Positions 34,733-44,931 are shown, numbered from the stretch's first letter. The stretch is 64,000 nucleotides of DNA from Actinomycetota bacterium (GCA_013152275.1 JAADGS010000040.1:1-64000); one strand, 5' to 3'. Translations and numbers: made by a program. Notes: generated by a model not told the origin, from the sequence alone.

Positions 34733-37700
34733 TGTCGGTGTCCTCCTTGAGCGGCGCGGCCATCGTACCGGAAGCAACCTGGATCGGGATCGGATCTCCT
34801 CGAGCGATCAACATTCCTCTCCCCGCTATCGTGGATGGTGTCAGATGGACACGCCAGAGATCCTCATCCCGGTGGTCCGGCCGTAGAGCAAGTCCCTGCG
34901 CGTCGGCGACGATGCGACGCAGCCAGTGTCCATACTCCAGATGATCCGCCTTCGCCGCAGCAACCAGGTGCACTCCTGCCGGCACCTGGAGCGGATCCAG
35001 CTCGATTCGATCCGCATCATCGATGAGACACACCCTCGGAACGGCACCAGGATCGGCCAGAAAGGCGAGAAGGTCGTCCGTTCGCTCACCCCCAGCCTCG
35101 TCGAGGTCACCCACGATCGTCACAGGGAGCTTCCCCCGAGCCGATGCGGCGACTGCTCTCAGGGCCGTTGTCTTTCCGGCGCCTCTTCCCCCGGTGACGA
35201 CGGCATGACGACTCCGCTCCAGTCGAAACCCCGCAGGTTGAAGCACCGCTTTCCCTCCTCTTCCGATGGGGATGAACCAAATGCCATTCTCGACATGTGC
35301 GGCGCTCTCGAACTCGGAGAGGGGGACGCTGTCAGGAAGCGCGTCGATCGCCACCGGCCGAACGACGGGAGCGGCACCGGTCGAGAAGGCAGGTTCCGCG
35401 ATGCGCACGAGCCTGCCCGAAGCGACTCGCAGCGCAGCGCCCGCCGACGGTGGGTTGACTCGGTCCAGCCCCAGCGCGGCGTACTCGTACGGGTCCACGA
35501 GTTTGAAGGCGAAACGCTCGGGAAACGCTGCCAGCAGACTCCCCGATATCGCTCCGACGTGCCGAACCGATATCCCCGTGAAGACCCCGACGGCCGGCCC
35601 GTCGCCCACGATGCGGGCAAACGCATCCCCAGAGGGTGCCCCTTCGGCAAGCAACAGGATCGGTGGTCCGCCGAGACGGCTCCTGCGGCGATGCTCCACC
35701 TCCTCGATCAGGTGACAAAACAGACGATCGGTCCGCTCACTCTCGGCGGAAGAGACGATGTTTCCCACCTGAGGCATGCGCTCGAGACGTCGCAGATGTC
35801 CGTCCTCGACGCCCACGGCATGAACGTGCGCTTCCGGATAACGCAGGCACACGGCGGTGGCGAGCGCCGCGAGCGCCTTCGTGGACCCGCTCTCGGGTGT
35901 TCCGACGAAGAACACGTTGGTCGATTCCCACCACAGGACTTGTCGGGAACGGACGTCGTCGACGAGTCCGAATGGTGCCGCCCAGGGAGTGTCCGGCCTT
36001 GGCGTCTCCCCCAGTTCGTGCACCACAACCCTCTCGGGGAGCCCGGGAGACCACACACCTGGAGGCGTGGGTTCTTCTTCCTCGATCGCGGCCGCCCGGA
36101 TCACGCGGACGAGTTTCTCCAGATCGCTCTCCTCGGCGACCATGCGTTGCCACCGTATCGGTTCCCCCATTCGAAACGGCGCCGTTCTCACCTTTGCGTC
36201 ACCGGCGTACGTCGTGGCGAGTGCAGACTGGAATTGGACGAGTTCTCCCGGTCCGAGCCTGAGTAGTCCTCGTCCTGGAGTATGGCGACTGATTCGGGCT
36301 GCGTCGGTTGCGCCGACGACATCCTCCGAATCGGCTGGATCGTGTACGCGCAGTGCGATGCGCAGAGCCGTGTTGGCGCGGATTCGGTTGCTGATGATCC
36401 CGGCAGGGCGCTGCGTGGCGAGCAGGAGGTGCATCCCGAGACTGCGTCCGCGCCGTGCGATGTCGATCAGCCCGTCGAGCGCCTCCGGCGCCTGCTCCGC
36501 GAGCGCGGCGAACTCGTCGATGATCACCAGCAGGTGTGGGATCGGTGGATCGCCCCGGTAGGTGCCGAGGTCCTCGGCCCCGAACGCTCGAAGTCTCTCC
36601 TCTCTGTCTCGCAGTTCGGCTTCGAGTGCTTCCAGAGCGCGATGGGCACTCGTTTCGTCCAGGTCGGTGAGTGCACCGACGACATGAGGCAGACNNNNNN
36701 NNNNNNNNNNNNNNNNNNNNNNNNNNNNNNNNNNNNNNNNNNNNNNNNNNNNNNNNNNNNNNNNNGCGGCGAAAGAGAGCACGAGCGTGCGCAGCAGCTC
36801 GCTCTTTCCCGAACCGGTGGTCCCCGCGAGCAGTCCATGGGGGCCGTCGGCGACGAGATCGACCTCGAGGAGCCCTTCGGGGCCCAAGCCGATCGGCGCA
36901 CGCAGTCCTCTGTCCTCGTGCCATCGTCGAACGATGGACTTCGGGGTCGGGAACTCGAGCAGCTCCTGGAGTCTCACAGGTCCAATACTCGACCCTCCAC
37001 CGGGATCTTCAGGGTCTCGCACCCGTGCAAGCGCCCTTGCCACGACGAGGGCATCGGCTTCGGGCTGCAAGATGGCGGCAACCTGTCGCCGCAGACCGTC
37101 CCCGACTCGCAGGAGCGAGCCTCCGCCATCTGCTCCCACGTCGATCACGAAGTCGCAACCACCCGGAAGTTCGAGCACGGTCTGTGCGATCACGATGTTC
37201 ACGGCATCGGAGACCGCTCGGTCACCTCCATCCAAGACATGAACCTCGAGGCCACCGGTCCGTCCGGCATGTGGGAGCCATTTCAGCCAGTCCCAACACG
37301 GCTCACTCGGCCCTCGCACCGACAGGTCCGCCGGCCCGTGCTGCACGACCGCCTGCACGAGCATCCATCGCACGACACCCATCGCGGATCCCCGATCGCC
37401 GGCCACGCCCACCGTCAGGCCGGGCGCCAGCACGACTCCCACAGGATCTCCGCCGGGTGCCAAACCAATCGATACGAGGCCGAAGTCTGCATGGTCGGGC
37501 CTCCGCTCCCACAGGGCGGACGTCATCTCCACCGCGCGCTCGACGACCTCGTCGGGAGCCGGCATCTGGAGGCGACGGTGAGCACGCCGGCTTCGCTCCC
37601 ATCGAAGCCGGTCCGCCCTGTAGCGACCCATCTCCTTTGCGTGACGCTGCCTCGTCTCGTGGCGCTCGCGACGTACCGTCAGCCGCCCTTCGATCCACGT

Positions 37701-38138
37701 GCCGATGACCATGACCGGCCCGAAGAGCGAGAACAGCGCAAGGGCCGGACCGAACACCATCCCGAGTACGGCCCCCGCCAGTGTGGAGACCACCACCGTG
37801 GCCCATGCGAACCGAACCCGCCGCTCCGGCATGGATGTCTGCTCGGGAGGTCGGGGTGGCGACGGAGCTCGAGATACGCCCACTCTCGGAGGCCGGTTGA
37901 AGGAAGTCACCCCTGAACGGAACCTGCAGGCAGGGCGTTGCGCGTCGCCTCTGCCGGTTGCACGAAGTACGGCTCCATTGGGGATCTCGGAGATGGTAAG
38001 TTCGTCTGCTGCCCGCCAGCCGTCGATCCACAACTCGTCCGGAGCGCCGGGCAGTACGCCTCGCAGGTCCGCGACGGTTGCATCCTGTGCCGCGTCGAGC
38101 ACGAGATCCGTGTCGTTCCATGTAACGCAGATGTTCAC
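34695..38138 (-). CDS. FtsK/SpoIIIE multi-ATPase protein, EccC/EssC-like (type VII secretion); spans an N gap
   Basis: FNRPPR, two TM helices, LWERR...DF, GTTGSGKSELL, IIDEF, GRSLGMHLLLATQRP, third P-loop GGRGAGKTT; adjacent to WXG100 genes. Confidence 0.88.
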   Translation of the reverse strand: MNICVTWNDTDLVLDAAQDATVADLRGVLPGAPDELWIDGWRAADELTISEIPNGAVLRATGRGDAQRPACRFRSGVTSFNRPPRVGVSRAPSPPRPPEQTSMPERRVRFAWATVVVSTLAGAVLGMVFGPALALFSLFGPVMVIGTWIEGRLTVRRERHETRQRHAKEMGRYRADRLRWERSRRAHRRLQMPAPDEVVERAVEMTSALWERRPDHADFGLVSIGLAPGGDPVGVVLAPGLTVGVAGDRGSAMGVVRWMLVQAVVQHGPADLSVRGPSEPCWDWLKWLPHAGRTGGLEVHVLDGGDRAVSDAVNIVIAQTVLELPGGCDFVIDVGADGGGSLLRVGDGLRRQVAAILQPEADALVVARALARVRDPEDPGGGSSIGPVRLQELLEFPTPKSIVRRWHEDRGLRAPIGLGPEGLLEVDLVADGPHGLLAGTTGSGKSELLRTLVLSFAXXXXXXXXXXXXXXXXXXXXXXXXXLPHVVGALTDLDETSAHRALEALEAELRDREERLRAFGAEDLGTYRGDPPIPHLLVIIDEFAALAEQAPEALDGLIDIARRGRSLGMHLLLATQRPAGIISNRIRANTALRIALRVHDPADSEDVVGATDAARISRHTPGRGLLRLGPGELVQFQSALATTYAGDAKVRTAPFRMGEPIRWQRMVAEESDLEKLVRVIRAAAIEEEEPTPPGVWSPGLPERVVVHELGETPRPDTPWAAPFGLVDDVRSRQVLWWESTNVFFVGTPESGSTKALAALATAVCLRYPEAHVHAVGVEDGHLRRLERMPQVGNIVSSAESERTDRLFCHLIEEVEHRRRSRLGGPPILLLAEGAPSGDAFARIVGDGPAVGVFTGISVRHVGAISGSLLAAFPERFAFKLVDPYEYAALGLDRVNPPSAGAALRVASGRLVRIAEPAFSTGAAPVVRPVAIDALPDSVPLSEFESAAHVENGIWFIPIGRGGKAVLQPAGFRLERSRHAVVTGGRGAGKTTALRAVAASARGKLPVTIVGDLDEAGGERTDDLLAFLADPGAVPRVCLIDDADRIELDPLQVPAGVHLVAAAKADHLEYGHWLRRIVADAQGLALRPDHRDEDLWRVHLTPSTIAGRGMLIARGDPIPIQVASGTMAAPLKEDTDNARSNRNRRHVS
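36695..36765. other. Assembly gap (71 N)
   Basis: Run of N characters inside the FtsK gene. Confidence 1.
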
Positions 38139-38353
38139 GGGGTCGGGATGAGAACCATGGCGGCGCGGAGATCGTGACGCACGCCTGCCAGGACCGTGCG
38201 CCGCCGGCGCAGTTCCGACCGGAAGCGCTCTGCCGCCGGACCCGACCACCAGATCCCGGCTGCCTGCCCCATCGCCGCGATCTCGTCTTCCAGCGCGGCA
38301 ACACGGACCGCCAGACCGGCAAGCCGGCGGCTGAGCAAGGCTTGGTCGAGCAT
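38135..38353 (-). CDS. Short WXG100-like protein
   Basis: 72-aa helical hairpin with central WSGPAAERF; GTGA-coupled to the FtsK gene. Confidence 0.7.
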   Translation of the reverse strand: MLDQALLSRRLAGLAVRVAALEDEIAAMGQAAGIWWSGPAAERFRSELRRRRTVLAGVRHDLRAAMVLIPTP

Positions 38354-38357
38354 CAGG

Positions 38358-38621
38358 CTACGAAGTGGCGGACTCGATGGCCTGACGGCGCCTCGTGACG
38401 GCAGCGGCGCTCTCGGCCATCGCCTCGCGAAGCCGGTGCAGCGCAGGGACGAACTCACCGGCCCACCGATCTCTGAACCGGCGCGCAGCGGGTCCCGTCC
38501 ATGCAGTCGACTGAAGTGAGGCCGTGATCCGAGCCTCGAGCGCTTCGACTGCCGCGGCCTCTTGTTGGAACCTTCCGGCAAGGTCTTCGAGTTGGGCCAG
38601 ATCGCCCCCGTATACAGCCAT
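38358..38621 (-). CDS. WXG100 family type VII secretion target
   Basis: 87 aa, helix-WTG-helix; AAGGAG SD. Confidence 0.9.
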   Translation of the reverse strand: MAVYGGDLAQLEDLAGRFQQEAAAVEALEARITASLQSTAWTGPAARRFRDRWAGEFVPALHRLREAMAESAAAVTRRRQAIESATS

Positions 38622-38683
38622 GGTGCTCCTTTCCTACCGGAAACCTACGATGCTGTGTAACGATTGTCTAGAGGGTATGAGCA

Positions 38684-38713
38684 TTGACAACCGAACTCGT
38701 CATGATGTACCGT
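38684..38713 (+). promoter_or_regulatory. Putative promoter giving a leaderless LysM-gene mRNA
   Basis: TTGACA-18 nt-TACCGT, ending 6 nt before the GTG at 38720. Confidence 0.6.
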
Positions 38714-38719
38714 TGCCCC

Positions 38720-39415
38720 GTGAAGCGACTCGTCAAACTCATCGCCCTCGTCGCGACCGAGGTCACGGCAATCGCCACGCTCGTGTTGGTCGGACGGGCA
38801 CCCTTCATGAAGATCGATCTCCAAGCCGCCGACCCGATCGATTCGCTCATGGCCCTGCTCAGAGTGATCACGCTCGGAGCCGTCCTCTGGCTCACCGCTA
38901 CGACGCTCGCCTACCTCGCTGCCGGCGCCCGGAGGGCTCGACTCCCCCGCTGGTTCACGATTCCCTTCGTCCGGAGGATCATCGACCGGGCGATCGCCAT
39001 CGCAATCGTCTCCGGTGCGGTCGCCCAGCCGGCTCTCGCGACGGCTCCACCGGTGATCGTCACGATCGATCCCTCCGGCATGGTGCTGCCTCCCGGGGTG
39101 CGCATCGCGTCCGCCGGCCTCGAACGATCTCCCAACTCGGCCCCTGACCCACCGGACACGACGCCGCCGGTCGCAATGGCCGGATCCGTACCTGCTGCTT
39201 CGCCGTCGACGGCAACGGCATCGGTCACGGTCCAGGCGGGCGACAACTTGTGGAAGATCGCGCGGCGACATCTCCAGTCGCTCGGCGAAGATCCGGCCAA
39301 CCGGCGGCTCGCGGCCTACTGGGCGAACGTGGTCGATGTGAATCGAAGCGTGCTTCGCTCCGGGAATCCCGACCTCATCTACCCGGGAGAGACGGTGCTG
39401 CTGCCTCCGGCCTGA
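38720..39415 (+). CDS. Membrane-anchored LysM peptidoglycan-binding protein
   Basis: N-terminal TM segments, Pro/Ala linker, VQAGDNLWKIA...NPDLIYPG. Confidence 0.88.
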   Translation: MKRLVKLIALVATEVTAIATLVLVGRAPFMKIDLQAADPIDSLMALLRVITLGAVLWLTATTLAYLAAGARRARLPRWFTIPFVRRIIDRAIAIAIVSGAVAQPALATAPPVIVTIDPSGMVLPPGVRIASAGLERSPNSAPDPPDTTPPVAMAGSVPAASPSTATASVTVQAGDNLWKIARRHLQSLGEDPANRRLAAYWANVVDVNRSVLRSGNPDLIYPGETVLLPPA

Positions 39416-39823
39416 TCATCCTTCGATCCAGGACAACCGGATCCTCCGTTCGGGATTGTCGCCGTTCGGATCGACCAGCACGAGCGACTGCCACGTCCCG
39501 AGTGTCATCCTGCCTCCAACCACCGGAATGGTGAGGCTTGGACTGACGAATGCCGGAAGGACGTGATCGGCTCCATGGCCGGGGCTGCCATGCCGGTGTC
39601 TCCACCTGGAATCGTCTCGCGGCAGGAGGGTATCGATCGTCTCGATGAGATCGGCATCGCTTCCGGCGCCCGTCTCGATCAGCGCGAGGCCGGCCGTCGC
39701 ATGCTCTGCGAACACGGACAGCAGGCCGTCCCCACGCCCGGAGACGAACGCAGCCGCCTCGGAAGTGATGTCGAATACCCCCCTTCGGTGTCCTGTGGTG
39801 ACATGCACGATCGTGGTATCCAT
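39416..39823 (-). CDS. yjbQ: YjbQ/UPF0047 family protein
   Basis: HATAG, HGADH, LGTWQ. Confidence 0.9.
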   Translation of the reverse strand: MDTTIVHVTTGHRRGVFDITSEAAAFVSGRGDGLLSVFAEHATAGLALIETGAGSDADLIETIDTLLPRDDSRWRHRHGSPGHGADHVLPAFVSPSLTIPVVGGRMTLGTWQSLVLVDPNGDNPERRIRLSWIEG

Positions 39824-39884
39824 GACCAAACACTATCCCGAGAAGCAGCCACCACAAAGCACGGGGTACCGTGATTGCGGCAAG

Positions 39885-40856
39885 CTAGAGATTCTCACCG
39901 AGGAAGATCTCCGACACACTCGACTCGACGAAGATCGCCTGGAGTGCCTCGGCGAACAGAGAGGCAACCGACAGCACCTTCAGTTTCGAAAGCCCGAGGG
40001 CTTGCTCCGGCACCGGAAGCGTGTTGGCGATCACGACCTCTTTGATCGACGACTTCTCGATACGTTCGATGGCCGGCGGGGACAGCACACCGTGAGTTGC
40101 GACAACCCGAACCGACAGAGCGCCCTTCTTCATGAGCAGTCGGGCCGCACTCGTCACCGTTCCGGCCGTATCGACCATGTCGTCGACGATGATCGTGTGC
40201 CTGCCCCGCACTTTCCCGATCATCGCGAGTGCTTCGGAGACGTTACGCTCGGTGGCCTCCCGACGTTTGTGCACGAAGCCGACGTACGCGTTCAAGTGCC
40301 GCGCGTAGCGCTCGGCCCTCTTGACGCCCCCGGCATCCGGCGACACGACCGTCGTGGGGCCTTCGAGCCGCTCTCGGAGGTACTCGATGAAGATCGGCAG
40401 CGCCGTGAGATGATCGAATGGTCTCGAGGTGAACCCCTGAATCTGTCCACTGTGCAGGTCGATCGAGACGAGGCGATCCGCTCCGGCCGCGAAGTACATG
40501 TCGACCATCAACCGAGCGGAGATCGGCTCTCGCGGGAGACCCTTCTTGTCCTGCCGTGAGTACCCGAAGAACGGCATCACCGCGGTGATGCGTTTGGCCG
40601 ACGCGCGGCGGAGCGCGTCGATGATCAGCAACTGCTCCATGATATGGAAGTTCACCGGGCGCGAGTGACTCTGGAGCACGAAGCAGTCGGCTCCCCGAAC
40701 GCTCTCCGTCGGCCGCACGTAGATCTCACCATTGGCGAATACGGACCGCTCCAACCCGCCCTGATGCACATCCATGAGCTCGGCGATCTCGTCGGCGAGC
40801 GTCGGGTTGGCGCTCCCCGAAAAGAGCATGAGTCGTTTTCGGCTTGCGATCTCCAC
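39885..40856 (-). CDS. prs: Ribose-phosphate diphosphokinase
   Basis: FANGE, YSRQDKK, SPDAGG, DDMVDTAGT. Confidence 0.98.
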   Translation of the reverse strand: MEIASRKRLMLFSGSANPTLADEIAELMDVHQGGLERSVFANGEIYVRPTESVRGADCFVLQSHSRPVNFHIMEQLLIIDALRRASAKRITAVMPFFGYSRQDKKGLPREPISARLMVDMYFAAGADRLVSIDLHSGQIQGFTSRPFDHLTALPIFIEYLRERLEGPTTVVSPDAGGVKRAERYARHLNAYVGFVHKRREATERNVSEALAMIGKVRGRHTIIVDDMVDTAGTVTSAARLLMKKGALSVRVVATHGVLSPPAIERIEKSSIKEVVIANTLPVPEQALGLSKLKVLSVASLFAEALQAIFVESSVSEIFLGENL

Positions 40857-42230
40857 TCAGGAACCCTTCTTCTTTCGGCGAGCAGCGTAGTCAGGGATCT
40901 CCTTCTGCAACGAGCGCTCGATGGCCAGCGCTCCTGCAGGAACATCCTTCGTGATGGTCGACCCCGCCCCGGTTACGGCGTCTTCACCGATCGTCACCGG
41001 AGCAACGAGCATCGTGTCGGACCCGATGAAGGCCCGATCACCAATTACCGTTGCATGCTTGGCGATCCCGTCGTAGTTGCAGGTGATGGTTCCTGCGCCG
41101 ATGTTGGCGTCCTTGCCGATCTCGGTATCTCCGACATAGCTCAGGTGTGGCACTTTGGAGCCTTCGCCGACCGTCGTCTTCTTCATCTCCACGAATGTCC
41201 CGACCTTGCTGCCCTTGCGGAGAACCGTCCCCGGCCGCAGCGAAGCGTACGGACCGACCTCCACGCCTTCACCGACCTCTGCTCCTCGCAGCACCGAATA
41301 CCAGACGTGGGCATGTGGACCGATCGATGAGTTCTCTGCGGTGACGTTTGGCCCCACACGAGCTCCTCCGGCCACGGTCGTCGCCCCGCGCAGGTGGGTG
41401 TCAGGCAGCAGAATGGCTCCCGGCTCGAGCTGCACATCGGCCTCGAGATAGACCCTGTCGGGATCTTGCATCCATACGCCTCGTCGCATCCAATGCTCGT
41501 TGATGCGTCGGCGCATCAGCCCGGCAGCTTGCGCAAGCTGGATGTGGCTGTTCACTCCCGCGATCTCCACGGGGTTCGTCTTGAGAGCATGCAGCGGGTG
41601 GCCTTCTTCGGCAAGGATCTCAATGACATCGGTGAGGTAGTACTCGCCCTGAACATTGTTCGGTTCCACCCTGGGCAAGGCGTCGGCCAGGAGTAACCCG
41701 TTGAACACGTACACCCCACCGTTGATCTCGTTGATCCGTCGCTGCGAGGGACTTGCGTCTCCGTGTTCGACGATGCCGACGACTCGGTCCCAACCGTCTC
41801 GAAGGATCCGCCCGTAGCCGGCAGGGGCTTCGATATCCGCGGTGAGGACCGACACCGCAGATCCGGTGCGCCGGTGCGTCCGGATCAGCTCGGCGAGCGT
41901 CTCGGGGACGAGCAGCGGAGTGTCCCCGGGAGCCACGAGTATCGAATCCGCGTCGCTCGCGACGATGGCGCTCAACGCGATTCCGGTCGCGTGTCCGGTG
42001 CCGAGTTGCTCTTCCTGGACCACGACATCGACATCGTCGGAAATGGCGTCACGGACCATGTCGCCGCCTTGGCCGACCACAACCACGATCTGCTCGGGTT
42101 CGATGGGCCTGATGGCGTCGAGCACCCAGGCGATCATCGGCCTCCCCGCCACCGTGTTCAGAACCTTGGGAAGGTCCGATTTCATACGCGTGCCGGCTCC
42201 GGCGGCGAGCACGACTGCTTTCACGGCCAT
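40857..42230 (-). CDS. glmU: Bifunctional UDP-GlcNAc pyrophosphorylase / glucosamine-1-P acetyltransferase
   Basis: LAAGAGTRMKS, QLGTGHA, EYYLTD, hexapeptide repeats, NYDG. Confidence 0.98.
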   Translation of the reverse strand: MAVKAVVLAAGAGTRMKSDLPKVLNTVAGRPMIAWVLDAIRPIEPEQIVVVVGQGGDMVRDAISDDVDVVVQEEQLGTGHATGIALSAIVASDADSILVAPGDTPLLVPETLAELIRTHRRTGSAVSVLTADIEAPAGYGRILRDGWDRVVGIVEHGDASPSQRRINEINGGVYVFNGLLLADALPRVEPNNVQGEYYLTDVIEILAEEGHPLHALKTNPVEIAGVNSHIQLAQAAGLMRRRINEHWMRRGVWMQDPDRVYLEADVQLEPGAILLPDTHLRGATTVAGGARVGPNVTAENSSIGPHAHVWYSVLRGAEVGEGVEVGPYASLRPGTVLRKGSKVGTFVEMKKTTVGEGSKVPHLSYVGDTEIGKDANIGAGTITCNYDGIAKHATVIGDRAFIGSDTMLVAPVTIGEDAVTGAGSTITKDVPAGALAIERSLQKEIPDYAARRKKKGS

Positions 42231-42253
42231 ATGGCCCCTCCTTCGATGGTGTG

Positions 42254-42324
42254 CTGGGGGGAAGGGACTCGAACCCCTACTGACGGGACCAAAACCCGCT
42301 GTGCTGCCATTACACCACCCCCCA
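42254..42324 (-). tRNA. tRNA-Gln (TTG)
   Basis: TGGGGGGTGGTGTAATGGCAGCAC...GCGGG-TT-TTG-GT-CCCGT...GGTTCGAGTCC; no encoded CCA; usual position upstream of glmU. Confidence 0.95.
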
Positions 42325-42396
42325 AATTCTCATCACCCTCTCGGGCCCGAGGGAGTCTACAGCCTCCGATCCAGCTGCAACCCATGGACCTCCAAC

Positions 42397-43251
42397 TCAC
42401 TCGACGCGCCGTGCACCGGTTGCCAGAGGGACTGCGGATACTCCGGCGCGGATACCCGACGGTGTCTCGGCGAGGGCGGACACGGCTTCCTGTTCATCGG
42501 AGAAGAACGCGAACAGGCTCGGCCCGCTGCCGGTGAGCAGAACGGGGCGATCCCAGCGGCCTTCCAGGTCGACCATCCAATCTTCGAGGTCGCGCGCCAC
42601 CGAGAGAGCCGCAGGTTCGAGGTCGTTGCTCAGCGGTGCGAACTGTCGCAAGGACGGTGGCACGGTCTTGCCGGTGATTACGCGGGGCTTCGGATCGCCC
42701 AGCCGGTCCCATGCCCGGTACACCGCGGCGGTCTCCAACTCGAAGGGTGGTGTCACGATGGCCACCGCGTAGTCGCCGGCGGGAGTCAGCGCCGTCAGGC
42801 GTTCTCCACGGCCTTCCATCATGGCGAGCCCGCCCTGGAGGCAGAACGGAACGTCGGCACCGACCGACGCAGCAACTCGAGACACGAGTTCGTTGGGAAT
42901 GTCGAGCACCGTCGCGGCAAGCAGCAGCGCCGCCGCGGCGTCGGCGCTGCCGCCCGCCAGGCCCGCCGCGACCGCAATCCGCTTCTGCAAACGGATCCGG
43001 AGTGCGGTTCGGACGCCGGTCAGAGCACGCAGAGCTTCGATCGCCCGCCACACGAGGTTCTCGCCCCCGTCGGGAACCTCAAATCCGCTGATTTCCAACT
43101 CGTCATCGGAGGAGAGCTCCATTTCGACGGTGTCGAACCAGCTCACCGCCTGGACGAGCGAGCGAAGCGTGTGATAGCCGCCGGCATCGAGTCCCAGCAC
43201 GCGGAGTGTGAGGTTCAGCTTCGCCGGTGCCTCTGCACGCTCACTCATCAT
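42397..43251 (-). CDS. ispE: 4-diphosphocytidyl-2-C-methyl-D-erythritol kinase
   Basis: APAKLNL, AAGLAGGSADAAA, GADVPF, TGSGP. Confidence 0.96.
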   Translation of the reverse strand: MMSERAEAPAKLNLTLRVLGLDAGGYHTLRSLVQAVSWFDTVEMELSSDDELEISGFEVPDGGENLVWRAIEALRALTGVRTALRIRLQKRIAVAAGLAGGSADAAAALLLAATVLDIPNELVSRVAASVGADVPFCLQGGLAMMEGRGERLTALTPAGDYAVAIVTPPFELETAAVYRAWDRLGDPKPRVITGKTVPPSLRQFAPLSNDLEPAALSVARDLEDWMVDLEGRWDRPVLLTGSGPSLFAFFSDEQEAVSALAETPSGIRAGVSAVPLATGARRVE

Positions 43252-44038
43252 GAGCGTCCGCGAGGTCCAAGAATCGTTCCGGAGCAAGGTCTTCGGGACG
43301 CGCCGTGGGAGGGATTCCTGCCCGTTCGAGCACCGCGACGTCGAGCGTTGCGCGCAGCATCTTGCGACGATGCCGAAACGCCACCGCTGCGACCTCGATG
43401 GCGCGCTCGACCCGTTGTCGATCGACGCCCGATCGTCTCGTCATGACGACGACCGCCGACGAGACGCTCGGCGCCGGAATGAACACCTGAGGGGGTACGA
43501 CAAAAGCTCGATGGACTTCGCTGGTGAGACGCGCAACGACCGACGGCAGCCCGTATTGCCTGGTTCCGGGAGGCGCGACGAGGCGATCGGCGACCTCACG
43601 CTGCACCATGACCGTGAATCGTGTGATCTGAGGTGCCGTTCGCAACAGTTTGAGCACAAGGGGCGTGCCGACGTTGTATGGGAGGTTCGCGACCAGCTTC
43701 CACGGTCCCGCATCGAGCGCATCGGGAAGGGCGTGCATCGCATCCTCGAAGCGTAGCTCGACGTCGGATCGCTCTCCGACGACCTCAGCGAGGACCGGTG
43801 CGAGGCCCCGGTCGATCTCGTACGCAAGCACGCTCGCTCCCGTCTCGGCGATCGCGACGGTGAGCGCCCCGGTTCCGGCACCCACCTCGACGACCTGATC
43901 GCCGGCGCTCACACCGGCCACGCGCACCATCTTGTCGATGATGTTTCCGTCTGCCAGGAAGTGCTGTCCGAGTCGCTTGCGCGGAGTGAGCCCATGTCGA
44001 CGGAGGAGACTGTCGATGGAAGTCGGACTCTGGCTCAT
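43241..44038 (-). CDS. rsmA: 16S rRNA dimethyltransferase KsgA
   Basis: LGQHFL, EVGAGTG, NLPYN, MVQREVA. Confidence 0.96.
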   Translation of the reverse strand: MSQSPTSIDSLLRRHGLTPRKRLGQHFLADGNIIDKMVRVAGVSAGDQVVEVGAGTGALTVAIAETGASVLAYEIDRGLAPVLAEVVGERSDVELRFEDAMHALPDALDAGPWKLVANLPYNVGTPLVLKLLRTAPQITRFTVMVQREVADRLVAPPGTRQYGLPSVVARLTSEVHRAFVVPPQVFIPAPSVSSAVVVMTRRSGVDRQRVERAIEVAAVAFRHRRKMLRATLDVAVLERAGIPPTARPEDLAPERFLDLADAHDE

Positions 44039-44781
44039 GGACGATAGATTCGCGCCGCATTCGACGAAGTGACCGCCGCGACCCGCACGGGGTCCATTCC
44101 CCACACTCGTGCGAGCGCTTCTCCCACCAGCACGACTCTGGCAGGTTCATTGGGTTGCTTCCTGAACGGTGGAGGAGACAGATAGGGGGTGTCGGTTTCG
44201 ACGGTTGCCCGCTCGGGGGGCACGAGAGCGGCTCCGCGCCGGACGGTGTCCCCCGTCTCGAACGCGACCGGGCCCGCGAACGAGAAACGAACTCCGATCT
44301 CGAGGAACCGTTTCGTCCAGCGGGGCCCACCCGTCCAGCAGTGAAGGACGACACGGCCGGCGGTCTCGGTCTCCTCGACGATTCTGTGAACATCGGCAAA
44401 CGCGTCCCGACAGTGCACGACCGCGGGGAGATCCAACTCGGCGGCAAGGAGCAGTTGCTCCCTGAACACCTCACGTTGTGTCTTGCGGGGGGCCACATCG
44501 CGGTAGTAGTCGAGCCCGATCTCGCCGATCGCCACCGACCCGGTCGCCAGCCGAGCGATCTCGTCGCGCTCGTCGGCCCACTTGGCCGCTTCGTGCGGGT
44601 GCAGACCCGCCGTGGTGAACACCCGGCCGGGAACTTTGAGCGCGAGGGCCATGGCGGCTTTCGTCGTCGCGACGTCGATTCCCGGGACAACGACCCAGTC
44701 CACGTCGTCGGCTCGTGTCAGCAGCGCGACGGGGTCCTCGTCGACCAGCTGAAGATGGCAGTGCGCGTCAACCCAGGTCAT
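44035..44781 (-). CDS. tatD: TatD family hydrolase
   Basis: DAHCH, GLHPH, GEIGLD, HCR, ETDTPY. Confidence 0.95.
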   Translation of the reverse strand: MTWVDAHCHLQLVDEDPVALLTRADDVDWVVVPGIDVATTKAAMALALKVPGRVFTTAGLHPHEAAKWADERDEIARLATGSVAIGEIGLDYYRDVAPRKTQREVFREQLLLAAELDLPAVVHCRDAFADVHRIVEETETAGRVVLHCWTGGPRWTKRFLEIGVRFSFAGPVAFETGDTVRRGAALVPPERATVETDTPYLSPPPFRKQPNEPARVVLVGEALARVWGMDPVRVAAVTSSNAARIYRP

Positions 44782-44931
44782 CGAGTCGAGCGTAGCGGCG
44801 CCACACGGTCGTCGAAGTGCATGCCACGCATGCCCCGGTGGACTCCGCCCAAGGGGCTGCGATCTTCCGGTAAGATGTGGGCCACACCGACCAGGACCGG
44901 TGGAGTACATCCCAACCTATTGGAGGCTGTT

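Noticed and set aside
36695..36765. Split or disruption of the FtsK/EccC gene
   Set aside because: The break is an N gap; the flanks read as one continuous ATPase domain, though frame continuity depends on the estimated gap size.
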